Shown in pieces: positions 8,876-18,970 of a stretch of DNA of 64,000 nt; the first letter of the stretch is position 1, and the number at the start of each line of letters is the position of its first letter. The translations under genes and the position numbers were made by a program. Source of the stretch: Azolla caroliniana (lineage: Eukaryota; Plantae; Polypodiophyta); the NCBI GenBank assembly GCA_043228905.1, contig JBHGNT010000004.1, positions 21,328,001 through 21,392,000 of the forward strand, read 5' to 3'. Under the pieces are notes generated by a model, which did no database searches, was not told the origin of the DNA, and saw only the letters and a program-made list of their open reading frames with translations.

Positions 8876-11800
8876 TTACACATCCGTAGGTCCCTTCGGA
8901 CCCTGACCGTTTTCCTTACGGGTTGCCGTGTCTTCCTTCGTCTCTGCTACGGGTTCCCCGTCGTCTTTTTCTTCCGGATCGATCCGTACCGATCCCGGAC
9001 AGGTTCCTGGTGTAGTGCCGGTGCGCTGCATAAACGGGTTCTTTGGCATCGGTCCTTTATAGGGCTTTAGTCGAAATCCGTTCACCCACTTGCCTAGTAC
9101 TTCACCGGCAAGTGTCCCTATCTGATAGGACCCGTTGTATTCCCGTGTCAGCCAATACGGGCCTGTCCATCTGAACCGGAGTTTACCCGGCATTTTGCCC
9201 ATCCTCGTTTGGAAGACTAGAACCGGCTTTCCGATTTCGAACATCTTTTCGTTACCTTTCCGGTGACGGTCAACGAACGCTTTCCGTCGTCGTTGCTCCA
9301 GTTCCATGTGGAGGATGCTGGCCAGCCGTTGCTCCTCCAGTTCGCATAGTGCTGCTAGCCGCATTTCCTCCGACTTCTTTTCATTCAGCCGTTCCCGTAG
9401 TTGGATCCGTAAGCTTGGTACCTGAAACTCGACCGGCATGACCGCTTCTAAGCCGAATGCTAACCGGAACGGCGTTGTCCGGATACTTGTTTTGTATGCC
9501 GTTCTGTACGCCCATAGCGCGCTATTGAGCTTTGTATCCCAGTCCGTCCGGTTTTCGTTGACGATTTTGCGGAGAATGTTCTGCAGCGTTTTGTTGGTGG
9601 ATTCCGCTAACCCGTTCGCCTGTGGGTAGTACGGTGTGCTTCTTTTATGCACCACGGCATAGAACGTTGTTAAACTTTCCACTACCTGGCCGAGGAAATG
9701 CCCTCCTTGGTCGCTGATCAGTTCAATCGGACATCCATATCGGCACCAAATGTTTTCGTACAGGAATTTTGCTGTGGATGACGCGGTGTTGTCTCTCAGG
9801 GCCTTAGCTTCCACCCATTTCGTGCAATAATCCGTTGCCACGATGACATAACGATTACCCGTTCTTATTGCCGGTGGCTTGAACGGTCCGACAAAATCCA
9901 ACCCCCACTTCTGGAATGGCTCTAGTGGAAGTACCGGTTGGTGTGGCATTCGTGCTTGCTCCGTAGGCTGGCCCATTCGTTGGCATAGGTCACATTCCTT
10001 AGCATACTTGACGGCGTCTTTTAACGTCGTGGGCCACCACAAGCCGCTCTGCCATACTTTCCTCGCCGTCGCTTCCCCGGCATAGTGTCCTCCGGCAACC
10101 CCACAGTGTGCTTCCCGTAAGATTACTTCTTTCTCGTCACTACGGACTGCCCGTCGCCATATTCCATCTGCTCCTTTGTGGTAGAGAGTGTCCCGTAACA
10201 GACAGAAATTGCGGCTCTGCACCGCCAGTCGTTTCCTCTCGTCCCGGTTCATTTCCTCCGGTGGCAGGCCCGTGCTTAGGAACTGGTGCATGTTTGTCAG
10301 CCATTTATCTTCTGATGCCACCGTGTCGTCCGCTGCCGTTTCCGGGGTGATACGGAATAACTCCGCGTCCGGAAATTCATCCGCTACTCCGTCGCCTGGT
10401 TCTCCGGACTCTAACCGGCTCAGGTAGTCTGCTACGGCATGCTGGATACCGGGCCGGTGGAAAATCTCGAATTCGAACTCCTGCAACAGCAAGGTCCAAC
10501 GGGCCAACTTACCGGTCAGGGACGCCTTGGAAACTAAGTAGAGGAGCGCCGAGTGATCCACATGGAAGGAGAACTTCCTTCCCAATAGGTAGTGACGAAA
10601 CTTTGTTACACTGTAGATCATGCCCAGAGCCTCCCGTTCCGTCGTTGAATAGTTCTTCTCCGCTTGGGACAGCTTCCGGCTGGCGTAATATACCGGCCGG
10701 TACCATTTGGGCTCCGTAAGCTGCATTAAAGCGCTGCCAATAGCGATGTCGGACGCGTCCACGAACACGTGAAATTCCTTGCTCCAATCCGGAGGCTGCA
10801 CGACGGGTGCTTGCGATAAAAGAACCTTCAGGGCATTGTATGCCTTATCCTCCGTATCCGTCCATTGGAACGGTGTCCGATGTACCGCGGTGTGTAATGG
10901 TGTCGCCAAGTCCGCCAAGTGACGGAGCATCCGGCTGTGCCACCGGATTTGTCCTAGGAATCGGCTTAGTGCTTTGGCCGTTTTCGGCGCCGGTGCCCCT
11001 AGTATGGCGTTTACTTTGTCCGGGTCGACCGCAATGCCCTCCTTACTTACGATGTGTCCCAGCAATATTCCACTTGAAACCCCAAAGATGCATTTTGCTG
11101 GGTTTAAGCTTAGCCGGTATAACCTACACTTTTCAAGGCATAACCGTAGGTGCTGCAAATGGTCTTTTCCCCGGCTATAGACTGCAAAATCATCCAGGAA
11201 AACTTGCATGAAGGCAGGGATGTATTCGCCGAAGATCTCCATGATAATTCGCTGGAAAGTTGCTGGTGCCGTTTTTAGGCCGAACATCATGACTTCTGCC
11301 ACGAACACCCCCCATTCGGTGACGAACGCTGTCTTTTCCTGGTCGTCCGGGTGCATCCGGATTTGATTGTACCCGCTGAACCCGTCTAAAAAGCTATAAA
11401 CTTCATGACCGGCGACGGCATCCAGTACTCCGTCCGTGAACGGAAGAGGGAATGCATCCGTAATTGTGGCGGCATTTAGTTTCCTGTAATCAACACACAC
11501 ACGGATTTTACCGTTTTTCTTGGGGACGACGACGATGGGGCTCAGCCACGTCGCTTTCTTTACCGGCCGGATGAAGCCCACTCTTAGGAGTTTGTCGATT
11601 TCCTCTTTTACTTTGGCGGCGTAGTTGGGGTTCATTCGGTATCGTCGTTGCGCCACTGGTTTCGCGTCCTTGCCTAAGTGGATTTGATGCTGATATAATT
11701 GAGGGTCCAGCCCTCGCATGTCTTCGTATGACCAGGCGAATACGTCGCTAAACTCCGTAAGCAGTTTGATCATCGCCGCTTTATCTTCCGGCTTCATTTC

Positions 11801-14731
11801 TTTGGCGATGTGAACCGGCTTTGATTCGTCCTTGCTTCCTAGGTTCACTTCGTCGAGCTGGGATGCTTTTACCCGTTGGGAAACGGCCATTTCCCGTTCC
11901 AATGCTTCCTGTGCTTGCCGTAATTCCCGAATCGCATCTTTGTCTGGTTCGGCTTCGGTGTCGTCGTCCCGCTGCGGCAAGTATGCGGCGACGGCTTCAG
12001 CTACATCAATCTCGAAGAGTGGTACGATCCTCGGATGTTCCTCCAAGTACTGGGCTTCTTCGTCGTCTGCCAATCCTTCAAGCATGTTCACACATTCCGC
12101 ATACAGCGGTGTGCATTCCTTACCGTTGCTCGTCCGTGGTTGTGTCGGTACCCGGACCTTGGCTTTTCCGCGCCGGAAGGTAATCATATTTTTTCGCCAA
12201 TTTTGCTTGATGTGTGCTGTTTTCAACCATGGTCTGCCCAGCAGCAGTGGGTACGCGCCTTGTGCCTGTAGCTGCAGCACTACAGCCGAGATGTGAAATG
12301 TGTGGCCTCCTATGGTGACTTCCAATTTCCGTATTAAGCCCGTCGGCCGTACAGAGCTCGTATCCGCCATCCGTAGCCAGAACGGACATGGCTCCCATTC
12401 ATGTATACCCAAGGCATCACACGTGCGAAGGCTTATTACGTTCACTCCGGAACCTCCATCGATTACTGTGCCGGGAAGTTCGTGCCCTTTGACAATAGCT
12501 GTGATCACCGGACTACTAGTGTCCACCACCGTCGGTCCCTCCTCCGGATTCGAGAAAAGGACTGGTGCCGGTGGGGCTGTGCCGTCTGTCATGCCCGTTT
12601 TTAGCCCTTCCGTAAATCGCGGCACGAGCTGCAAGAGTCTTCCTAACGGCAACGTGATCTGACATTCTTGCAGTGCTTGCCATGTCTCGTTTTCTGGGTG
12701 GCTACCGCCGGCACTCCCTATGGTATTTGCCTTTTGCCGTTCCGCGTCCGCGACGTTTCTTTCATTGGCTTCCTTCACCCATTCCGTCGCCTGTTTTCGT
12801 ATGGCCTCTTGTGTTTCCCACTCTTTGTCCCTGCCTTTCGACCGTGTGGTTACTTGCTGTACATCCGTCACTTCCGGGACCACCATATTAACTGCTGGTC
12901 GTTTCTCGTAGCTCTTTACCGGGCACTGGTTACTGTAGTGGCCTTCCTGCCTGCAGTAGTAGCAGTACTCTTTACGGGTATTGCTGGATTCAGCATTGCT
13001 GGTAGCCGGAGTTGGTCCCGTAGCGAGTGGTGCGTTCTGTGCCGGTTGGCTCCTTGGGATTCCATGTTCCGGGTCCCTAGGGTGACCACCTTTCTTGAAG
13101 TTACGTTTCTTATTATTCTTATTCTTATTTCGGTAGTCCGGTCGTGGTGGATCGTAAAATCGGCCATAGTCCTCCTGGTGCCGTCGGTAACTAGGCGAAT
13201 GGTCTCTGTCGTATTGCTCGTGTCGCCTGTTGGGCTCCCGATAACGGTCCGATCGCTCATACCGGTCGTAGTTATCACGCCGATTCCCGTACCGGCCATC
13301 ATTCTCTTGCCTGTCTCCGTTCCGGACATCTTGTGCCGGTGGGTACCGGTTCCCTCTTTGCCAACGATCGTCATCTTCGTCTCGGCTGCTTCTTGGCTCG
13401 ATCCGTCGGACGGGTGGTGCTTGTCGATTTAACAGGTTGTACTCGCACCGGTCCGTTGTATGACTCTTGGATTGACAAATCACACACTGAGTGCGCATGG
13501 TGCACTCTACTGCCGAGTGTCCGGCATTCAAGCAGATTGTGCATTGAACTGCCTGCCGGAACCGGAGATCTTCCTCGGTGGGTAACGCCCGTTGCAGTGT
13601 TCCCAGCGTAAGCCATGAGCTTGTCTTTTCCATTTCTCTGACCCGGTCAATGACCTGATCGATGGTGCATCCTCGAAAGTCGATTACCGTACACACCGTG
13701 CGTAACGGTTCCCGGAGTGCGTTTAAAAATATCGTCCGTAATTCCTCCTCCGGGGGTGCACGGGCAAGCTGGCTATGCATTCGTTGGAAACGGATGACGA
13801 ATTGGGGAATGCTTTCCCCTGCCTCCTGCCGGATCGTATAAAACAGGCCCACCATTGTCGTCTGGTCGACCTCCTTGTGGAAAAAATGCAAGAATTTTGC
13901 CTTTAATTCTGCAAATGTTGTGATGGTCGCCGGGTCCTGCGACCGCCGCCATCGTGTCGCTGGTCCCTCCAACGTGACTCCGAATTCCGCTATCTTCGAG
14001 CGTTCTTCTTCCTCCGGTGTCATTCGCTGGGACGTGTGATTTGCTTCCCATGTCTGCTCGAAGTCATCCACATGTGCTTCCGCATCCGGATCATCGCGGT
14101 ACTTTGAGTATTGGAACGGCATGTCGTCGTCCAGTATGAAGCCGCGGTTTAGTGGCGTTTGTTGATATTTTTCCGGTACTTTCTCCGGTTCTTTTGCCGG
14201 TCCTTTTTCGGGTTCTTTTTCCGGCTCTTCTTCCGGTACCTTTGCCGGCCCTTTCGTTGGTGTTGGTGGCTTTGCTTCTTCCACTTCCGGTGTTGGTGGG
14301 TTGACGGCTTCCGTTTGCGGTTCCGGGTAGCCCTGGTTGAGCGGTTCCGGTTCTGGAGTCGGCACGGTATCCGATCCGTCGTCTTCCGGGCCGCCGGGGG
14401 TATCGTTGCTGCTCCGGTAGTTCGTGTGCACGCTGTATCCCCCTTCGGAATCCGATTCGTAGGCTGAAAAGGCTTCTGCCTCGTTTTCTCCGCTTGCCAG
14501 CGCCTCCAGGAGTCGTTCGGTTTCCCGGAGACTACTTAGACTGCTTCCGTCGTCCTGGTTGCGAGTTTGCCGTAACCGGAGAGATTCCTCCGCGACTCTC
14601 CGGATCTCGTTGGAGAACGAACGATCCGAGCGAATTTCCTGCGCTGCTTGCTGGAAAGTCTCACGCCGTCTTTGCCGTTCGGCGATGCGTCGAGCTCGGT
14701 CTGTAACCAAGTCGTGCGTTGGTCTAGTCAT
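8876..14731 (-). CDS. Gag-Pol polyprotein (Gag, 3 CCHC knuckles, PR, RT, RNase H, integrase), 1951 aa
   Basis: Knuckles CTICLNAGHSAVEC, CVICQSKSHTTDRC and CYYCRQEGHYSNQC. PR VIDGGSGVN. RT FLDGFSGYNQI and VFLDD. RH VDASD...EREALG...VDH...ADYLSR. IN HHCC, WGLDFVGP, SDQG, NGLAE and the GPY/F motif RWTGPY. Confidence 0.97.
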   Translation of the reverse strand: MTRPTHDLVTDRARRIAERQRRRETFQQAAQEIRSDRSFSNEIRRVAEESLRLRQTRNQDDGSSLSSLRETERLLEALASGENEAEAFSAYESDSEGGYSVHTNYRSSNDTPGGPEDDGSDTVPTPEPEPLNQGYPEPQTEAVNPPTPEVEEAKPPTPTKGPAKVPEEEPEKEPEKGPAKEPEKVPEKYQQTPLNRGFILDDDMPFQYSKYRDDPDAEAHVDDFEQTWEANHTSQRMTPEEEERSKIAEFGVTLEGPATRWRRSQDPATITTFAELKAKFLHFFHKEVDQTTMVGLFYTIRQEAGESIPQFVIRFQRMHSQLARAPPEEELRTIFLNALREPLRTVCTVIDFRGCTIDQVIDRVREMEKTSSWLTLGTLQRALPTEEDLRFRQAVQCTICLNAGHSAVECTMRTQCVICQSKSHTTDRCEYNLLNRQAPPVRRIEPRSSRDEDDDRWQRGNRYPPAQDVRNGDRQENDGRYGNRRDNYDRYERSDRYREPNRRHEQYDRDHSPSYRRHQEDYGRFYDPPRPDYRNKNKNNKKRNFKKGGHPRDPEHGIPRSQPAQNAPLATGPTPATSNAESSNTRKEYCYYCRQEGHYSNQCPVKSYEKRPAVNMVVPEVTDVQQVTTRSKGRDKEWETQEAIRKQATEWVKEANERNVADAERQKANTIGSAGGSHPENETWQALQECQITLPLGRLLQLVPRFTEGLKTGMTDGTAPPAPVLFSNPEEGPTVVDTSSPVITAIVKGHELPGTVIDGGSGVNVISLRTCDALGIHEWEPCPFWLRMADTSSVRPTGLIRKLEVTIGGHTFHISAVVLQLQAQGAYPLLLGRPWLKTAHIKQNWRKNMITFRRGKAKVRVPTQPRTSNGKECTPLYAECVNMLEGLADDEEAQYLEEHPRIVPLFEIDVAEAVAAYLPQRDDDTEAEPDKDAIRELRQAQEALEREMAVSQRVKASQLDEVNLGSKDESKPVHIAKEMKPEDKAAMIKLLTEFSDVFAWSYEDMRGLDPQLYQHQIHLGKDAKPVAQRRYRMNPNYAAKVKEEIDKLLRVGFIRPVKKATWLSPIVVVPKKNGKIRVCVDYRKLNAATITDAFPLPFTDGVLDAVAGHEVYSFLDGFSGYNQIRMHPDDQEKTAFVTEWGVFVAEVMMFGLKTAPATFQRIIMEIFGEYIPAFMQVFLDDFAVYSRGKDHLQHLRLCLEKCRLYRLSLNPAKCIFGVSSGILLGHIVSKEGIAVDPDKVNAILGAPAPKTAKALSRFLGQIRWHSRMLRHLADLATPLHTAVHRTPFQWTDTEDKAYNALKVLLSQAPVVQPPDWSKEFHVFVDASDIAIGSALMQLTEPKWYRPVYYASRKLSQAEKNYSTTEREALGMIYSVTKFRHYLLGRKFSFHVDHSALLYLVSKASLTGKLARWTLLLQEFEFEIFHRPGIQHAVADYLSRLESGEPGDGVADEFPDAELFRITPETAADDTVASEDKWLTNMHQFLSTGLPPEEMNRDERKRLAVQSRNFCLLRDTLYHKGADGIWRRAVRSDEKEVILREAHCGVAGGHYAGEATARKVWQSGLWWPTTLKDAVKYAKECDLCQRMGQPTEQARMPHQPVLPLEPFQKWGLDFVGPFKPPAIRTGNRYVIVATDYCTKWVEAKALRDNTASSTAKFLYENIWCRYGCPIELISDQGGHFLGQVVESLTTFYAVVHKRSTPYYPQANGLAESTNKTLQNILRKIVNENRTDWDTKLNSALWAYRTAYKTSIRTTPFRLAFGLEAVMPVEFQVPSLRIQLRERLNEKKSEEMRLAALCELEEQRLASILHMELEQRRRKAFVDRHRKGNEKMFEIGKPVLVFQTRMGKMPGKLRFRWTGPYWLTREYNGSYQIGTLAGEVLGKWVNGFRLKPYKGPMPKNPFMQRTGTTPGTCPGSVRIDPEEKDDGEPVAETKEDTATRKENGQGPKGPTDV

Positions 14732-14760
14732 CCATTACCGTCGTTCGCTGCGAGTAAGCA

Positions 14761-14776
14761 GGAATCGTGGTCGCCA
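14761..14776 (-). promoter_or_regulatory. Primer-binding site of element B (probably tRNA-Arg)
   Basis: TGGCGACCACGATTCC lies 6 nt downstream of the 5' LTR. TGGCGACCAC is complementary to a tRNA ending in GUGGUCGCCA. The site is conserved in element A. Confidence 0.75.
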
Positions 14777-14782
14777 AAACTG

Positions 14783-15193
14783 TGTTACTCTCTTAGCCGG
14801 ACAAGGCCTAACACAAGGTGTCACGGAGACACTTCACCAAAGGGTGATTACGGCATAGGATTAAGATTCAATGATTACACCGACTTACGTAGGTTACACT
14901 ACTAGATTGCTTTGGTTAATTACACGCGTAAGATATAACAGTAATTACAGAACGGAAATCAAGACAGAAGTATAAACAACATAAGCTCTACTAATTATCC
15001 GCTGCTATTACAATGGGGTCCGGGCCTTTAAATAGGTTTCCGGCCCGTAGTACAAAACGGTGCCTCTCGCACCTATTCGGGATCCGTCCGGATCTGGAAC
15101 GGCATACCGTTTCCAGTCCGTCCGTCCACACTATCCTCATATAATAATTAATTCCTTCACTCCGTATTTTGGACTCCTTGCCGGCCGGTAACA
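14783..15193 (-). repeat. 5' LTR of element B
   Basis: Identical by eye to 5370-5780. Confidence 0.97.
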
Positions 15194-15198
15194 CGCAT

Positions 15199-16143
15199 GG
15201 GCTATTAGGCTTACTTTATTAGAAGTGATAATAGTACTCGAGGTAGGGTTATCATGTGCACTTAGTTGGTATACTTGACGCCAGGGTTTATATGTCCCAG
15301 ACCACCGCAATATAGACATATAATGTGCGCTCGACGTCGTTGTTTCTCAACATCTGATAAGGGCCCTCGACGTTGTGTTGACTCTATTCCGGTTGACAGC
15401 ATTTGTTGGCATTCAGAACGTTATTCAAATCGCACAGCTCGACTAATTGCATCTGTAAGAGACTTCAGATCTTCATGGAAAGTAAGAAGAAGATCTTTGA
15501 CATCGTTACGCAAACCCTGACAAAATTGATCCATTAAGGCTACCTCATCCCAAGGGATGTCGCATGCCAAGAGACGAAAATCTGCTGCATAAGCTGAAGC
15601 GGGACGATCTCCTTGTCGGAGTCTTCGAATCTTGTTTATTGTCATTTTAGTGCTATCGGTGTCTCCAAAACTAGCTTGAAACTCCTTAACGAACGCCTCG
15701 AAATCCTCCAACAACGGTGATTTCTTTTCGAGAAGTGGTGCAAACCATGCCAATGTTGTATCGCTTAGCAAGATTCCTACTAATCCCACACGAGTAGCAT
15801 CAGTTGGGTACCGATTGGGATGCAACTGAATCACCAAATGGACTTGATTCAAGATACCTTGAAACAGAGATCGTGTACCATCAAACTTGGCAGGGAGGCT
15901 AATCTTTGGTTCCCTTAGGGAGTTTTGAACCCTCGTCACTTGTTCTCGTAATGTTAATATAGTAGCCTCGAGTTGATGAATCCATTGTGATAACTCCTCA
16001 TATTGGTGAGCTTTCTCAGTACTCACGTGGTGTAGGTCCCCGAGTAGCCTTTGATTTTCGTGCTCTAATGCCACAAACTTAGTCGTGCGCATGTCAAGCT
16101 CAAAAAGGACACACATATATTCTTGTTTGCTAACGAGCTCCAT
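15199..16143 (-). pseudogene. gag of the Tcn1-like chromovirus (host of element B)
   Basis: EPKISLPAKFDGTR, LRQGDRPASAYAADFR and FCQGLRNDVKD (Ty3/Gypsy capsid), plus a knuckle remnant CLYCGGLGH near 15290-15320. Confidence 0.85.
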
Positions 16144-16234
16144 AACTTATGACGAGAGGGAAAAAGAAAGAAGGAAAAAGAAGAAAGTTTGCTAGGGTTA
16201 TAGGAAGAGGAACAAAAGATAATTCAGTTCAAAC

Positions 16235-16615
16235 TGTCGTGACTCGTGAGTAGGTGAGAGAGAGAGAGAAAGAGAAAGAGAGGGAAAAAAGACAAAGATA
16301 GAAGGTAGAGAGAGGAAAGAAATAAGATAGGAAATGGAAATGAGTTTATATTATCAGAAAACAAGGTTTACAAAGAGTGAGCTAAGGGCTAAAGATTGGT
16401 GTTGAACCGAATGGGTTGTAATGAAACAATAGACACATATTTATAGGTCCTTATGGAGTATTCTAGAATGTTCTAGAATATTTATGATATTTATGATATT
16501 TATGATATTTAATTTAATCATGGAATACTCTAGAATTTTCTAGAATACTCTAAATATCTTGTAATAACTAATAATATAATTATTAAAACTATATGTCATC
16601 ATATATGTTATTACA
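16235..16615 (-). repeat. 5' LTR of the Tcn1-like element
   Basis: The minus strand reads TGTAATAAC...GTCACGACA with TATAAATA at 16445-16438. It is followed by a non-tRNA PBS complementary to the presumed transcript 5' end. Confidence 0.75.
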
Positions 16616-16706
16616 ATGGTAAAAGGTAGAACACATAGACCAAGACGTTGTGGGTTCAAATCCTTGTAACCCAAAATGTATCTCTTCATAATGACAACTA
16701 TTAAGA

Positions 16707-18095
16707 TGGTATCAAAGCGTGTGGTTTAGTACATCCACTAAGCCCACCCGACTCCATGATTGTGTGTTCGAGACACCAATGACACATTCGGCTATCCACT
16801 ACCGCAGTGCCGCTATGTAGCATGTGTACATGACCAAAGGAAGACACTACATCAACATGAGCACACAAATGGGTAGCTTGCTCCCTAGTGAAAAGCTAGA
16901 CCGGAGCAATTATTCATCTTGGGAGTACAAGATGAACCAATACCTAGTCGGCCAAGAGTATTGGAGCTACATTACTGGTGCACTCGAAAACAAACCCGAC
17001 ATCACAAACCCCAACTACCCAACGTGGGAGCAAGGAGCGAGTTGGGTAATGTATTGCTTGGCAACATGTGTCTACGACCACATGCTTAGCCACATTCGAG
17101 ATGCCAAGACACCTAAAGAAGGGTGGGTGAACTTAAAGAAAATTTTCGCCGCCAACACGATCGTCCGCAAGCTTAAACTCCAGCAAGAGTTGAATAACAT
17201 TCAACAAAAAGATATGCTCATGTCAAGAGCATTTGCGACTCGCTTAGCTTCATCAACATAAACGTCGACGAAGACGAGATGGTTCAAGTATGCTTGGGTG
17301 GCCTCACACATCAGTTCGACCCGATAAGAACGGCTTCTTAGCAAGAGAAAATCATCCTTCATTCTTCGACTTCCAATCAATGTTATTTATTGGTCGAAGA
17401 GAACCGCGTTCAAACCAAGACCAAGACATTGGAAGGACAAATGTTCTTTTCGAATTCGGATGGTGGCCGAGGACAAGGTCGCGGTGGTAGAAGAGGTTAA
17501 TTCGACCGATCTCACGAAGGGAACTCAAACCTTTGACAACAAGACGGAAGCCATCGAGGAACCTTCGTAAGAAGGGGGAGCTTCAATGCTGATCAAAATA
17601 GGCAAACAATGCCACTTACTTGCACCTATTGTAGGAAAATTGGTCATCGTGAAGAGGAGTGTCAGAAGAAAAGAAGTGAGTCGGCTTCCACAAGCCAACA
17701 ACTCACAAACTACGCCACCAATTCCGAATACGACGACTATTGTGGACTATTCGTAATGAGACATAGAGAGATTTCTATGTCGGCCTCCGACTCCAGAAGC
17801 ACCTCCAACTCAGAAGATGTGTGGTTCGTCGACTTCGGCGCCTCACATCATATGGTGTCACACCAAGAGTGGTTTCGTGACCTAAGGACATCGGATCAAC
17901 CCGACTACATAGAGACGGGAGACGACACCACACATCCCATTCGGCACATCGGCAACGTTCCATTTGGCAACGACGGCCAAAAAAATTGCATCAAGAATGT
18001 CCTGCATGTGCCTACAATAACAAAGAATTTGGTCTCAGTCGGCCAAATCGTGGAGCAAGGCATGCAAGTTTGTTTCAACAACGAAGGATGCTTCA
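16707..18095 (+). mobile_element. Truncated Ty1/Copia retrotransposon (PBS, gag, protease)
   Basis: tRNA-iMet-type PBS TGGTATCAAAGC at 16707-16718. Gag KLDRSNYSSWEYKM, knuckle CTYCRKIGHREEEC and protease WFVDFGASHHM. It is frameshifted and truncated before IN. Confidence 0.88.
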
Positions 18096-18299
18096 TCTTT
18101 TTCCCCCTCTATTAACATCTTCAATAGATACACATGCCTTAAATGGTGTTTCAATACTGAATGTCATAGGCATTATCCTATCATGCATATAAAGCTTATG
18201 TACATATTGTTCGTTGTTCACCTATCCACCTTTTCACCCTTGAGATGTCTCCATGCTACTTTTGGTTGGAGTTTAAACATTTGTGTTTTCTTCTTTTCT

Positions 18300-18970
18300 T
18301 GCATTTGATAGTATTGCCATGTCTTTCTCCTCACTTGTAATTAATATTGATACAATGTTAGGGCTTTCTCATTTTTATCTTTTGCAAGCTTGAACATTTT
18401 GGTGGTAGCCATTGCATTCCTCCTCAAACCACGCATTGCATGGGAAACTAAGCATTTGATGTCCACCTACACATGCACTAAAATGCTAATACCCTACCTT
18501 AAGAATGGCATCCTTCAATTGCTCCTTGTTTTCACATTATTAGTAAGGGAGAGGTTCATGACATAACTCTCAACCTCATTTACATGTAGATTAGCTTTTC
18601 CAAAGAGGTCACATAATGTACCTCTTTTCCTTATGTACTCTAATACATTTGTTAATTTGTGAGGTTTTTGTTGCAACAACCAAGCATAAGGGCTTGTGGT
18701 TGAAGTTATGTGATAATGTGCCAAGACTTAATGTATTCACATGGATGCATCACATTCTTTCACCAATACATACACAACTACACTTCCTTCTCCCAAGGCT
18801 AGAAGACACATCAAAATATTAGTTATCGGAAGCACATGGATACCATAAAGAATATGCAAGTTTGTGCATTTAAGCATGTGTACATGAAGCATACCATAAT
18901 CTAGGACAATACAATCTTCTAAGTAACACATCAAATCTGACACCTTTACATTATCATTGTCTTCCACATT
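18300..18970 (-). mobile_element. Decayed LINE (APE endonuclease region)
   Basis: LHILYG...GEGSVVVYVLV resembles the LINE APE L.ILNG...G.SVVDY motif. Downstream CNAWFEEEC resembles the WFDEEC linker motif. Confidence 0.5.

Larger units (their letters stand above)
5370..15193 (-). mobile_element. Element B: full-length, recently inserted non-chromovirus (Athila/Tat-related) Ty3/Gypsy LTR retrotransposon, 9824 bp
   Basis: Two 411-bp LTRs (TGTTA...TAACA) that read as identical. Perfect 5-bp TSD CGCAT at 5365-5369 and 15194-15198. Uninterrupted Gag-Pol with no chromodomain and no additional RNase H. Confidence 0.97.

Noticed and set aside
6316-14905. Many + strand ORFs (up to 254 aa) inside element B
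   Set aside because: They are antisense shadows of GC-rich coding sequence and have no recognisable motifs.
5370-15193. Idea that element B is really + oriented, with the PBS at 5783 and an inverted interior
   Set aside because: The LTR TATA box, a second PBS at 14761-14776 and both ORFs all point along the minus strand. Element A has the same layout.
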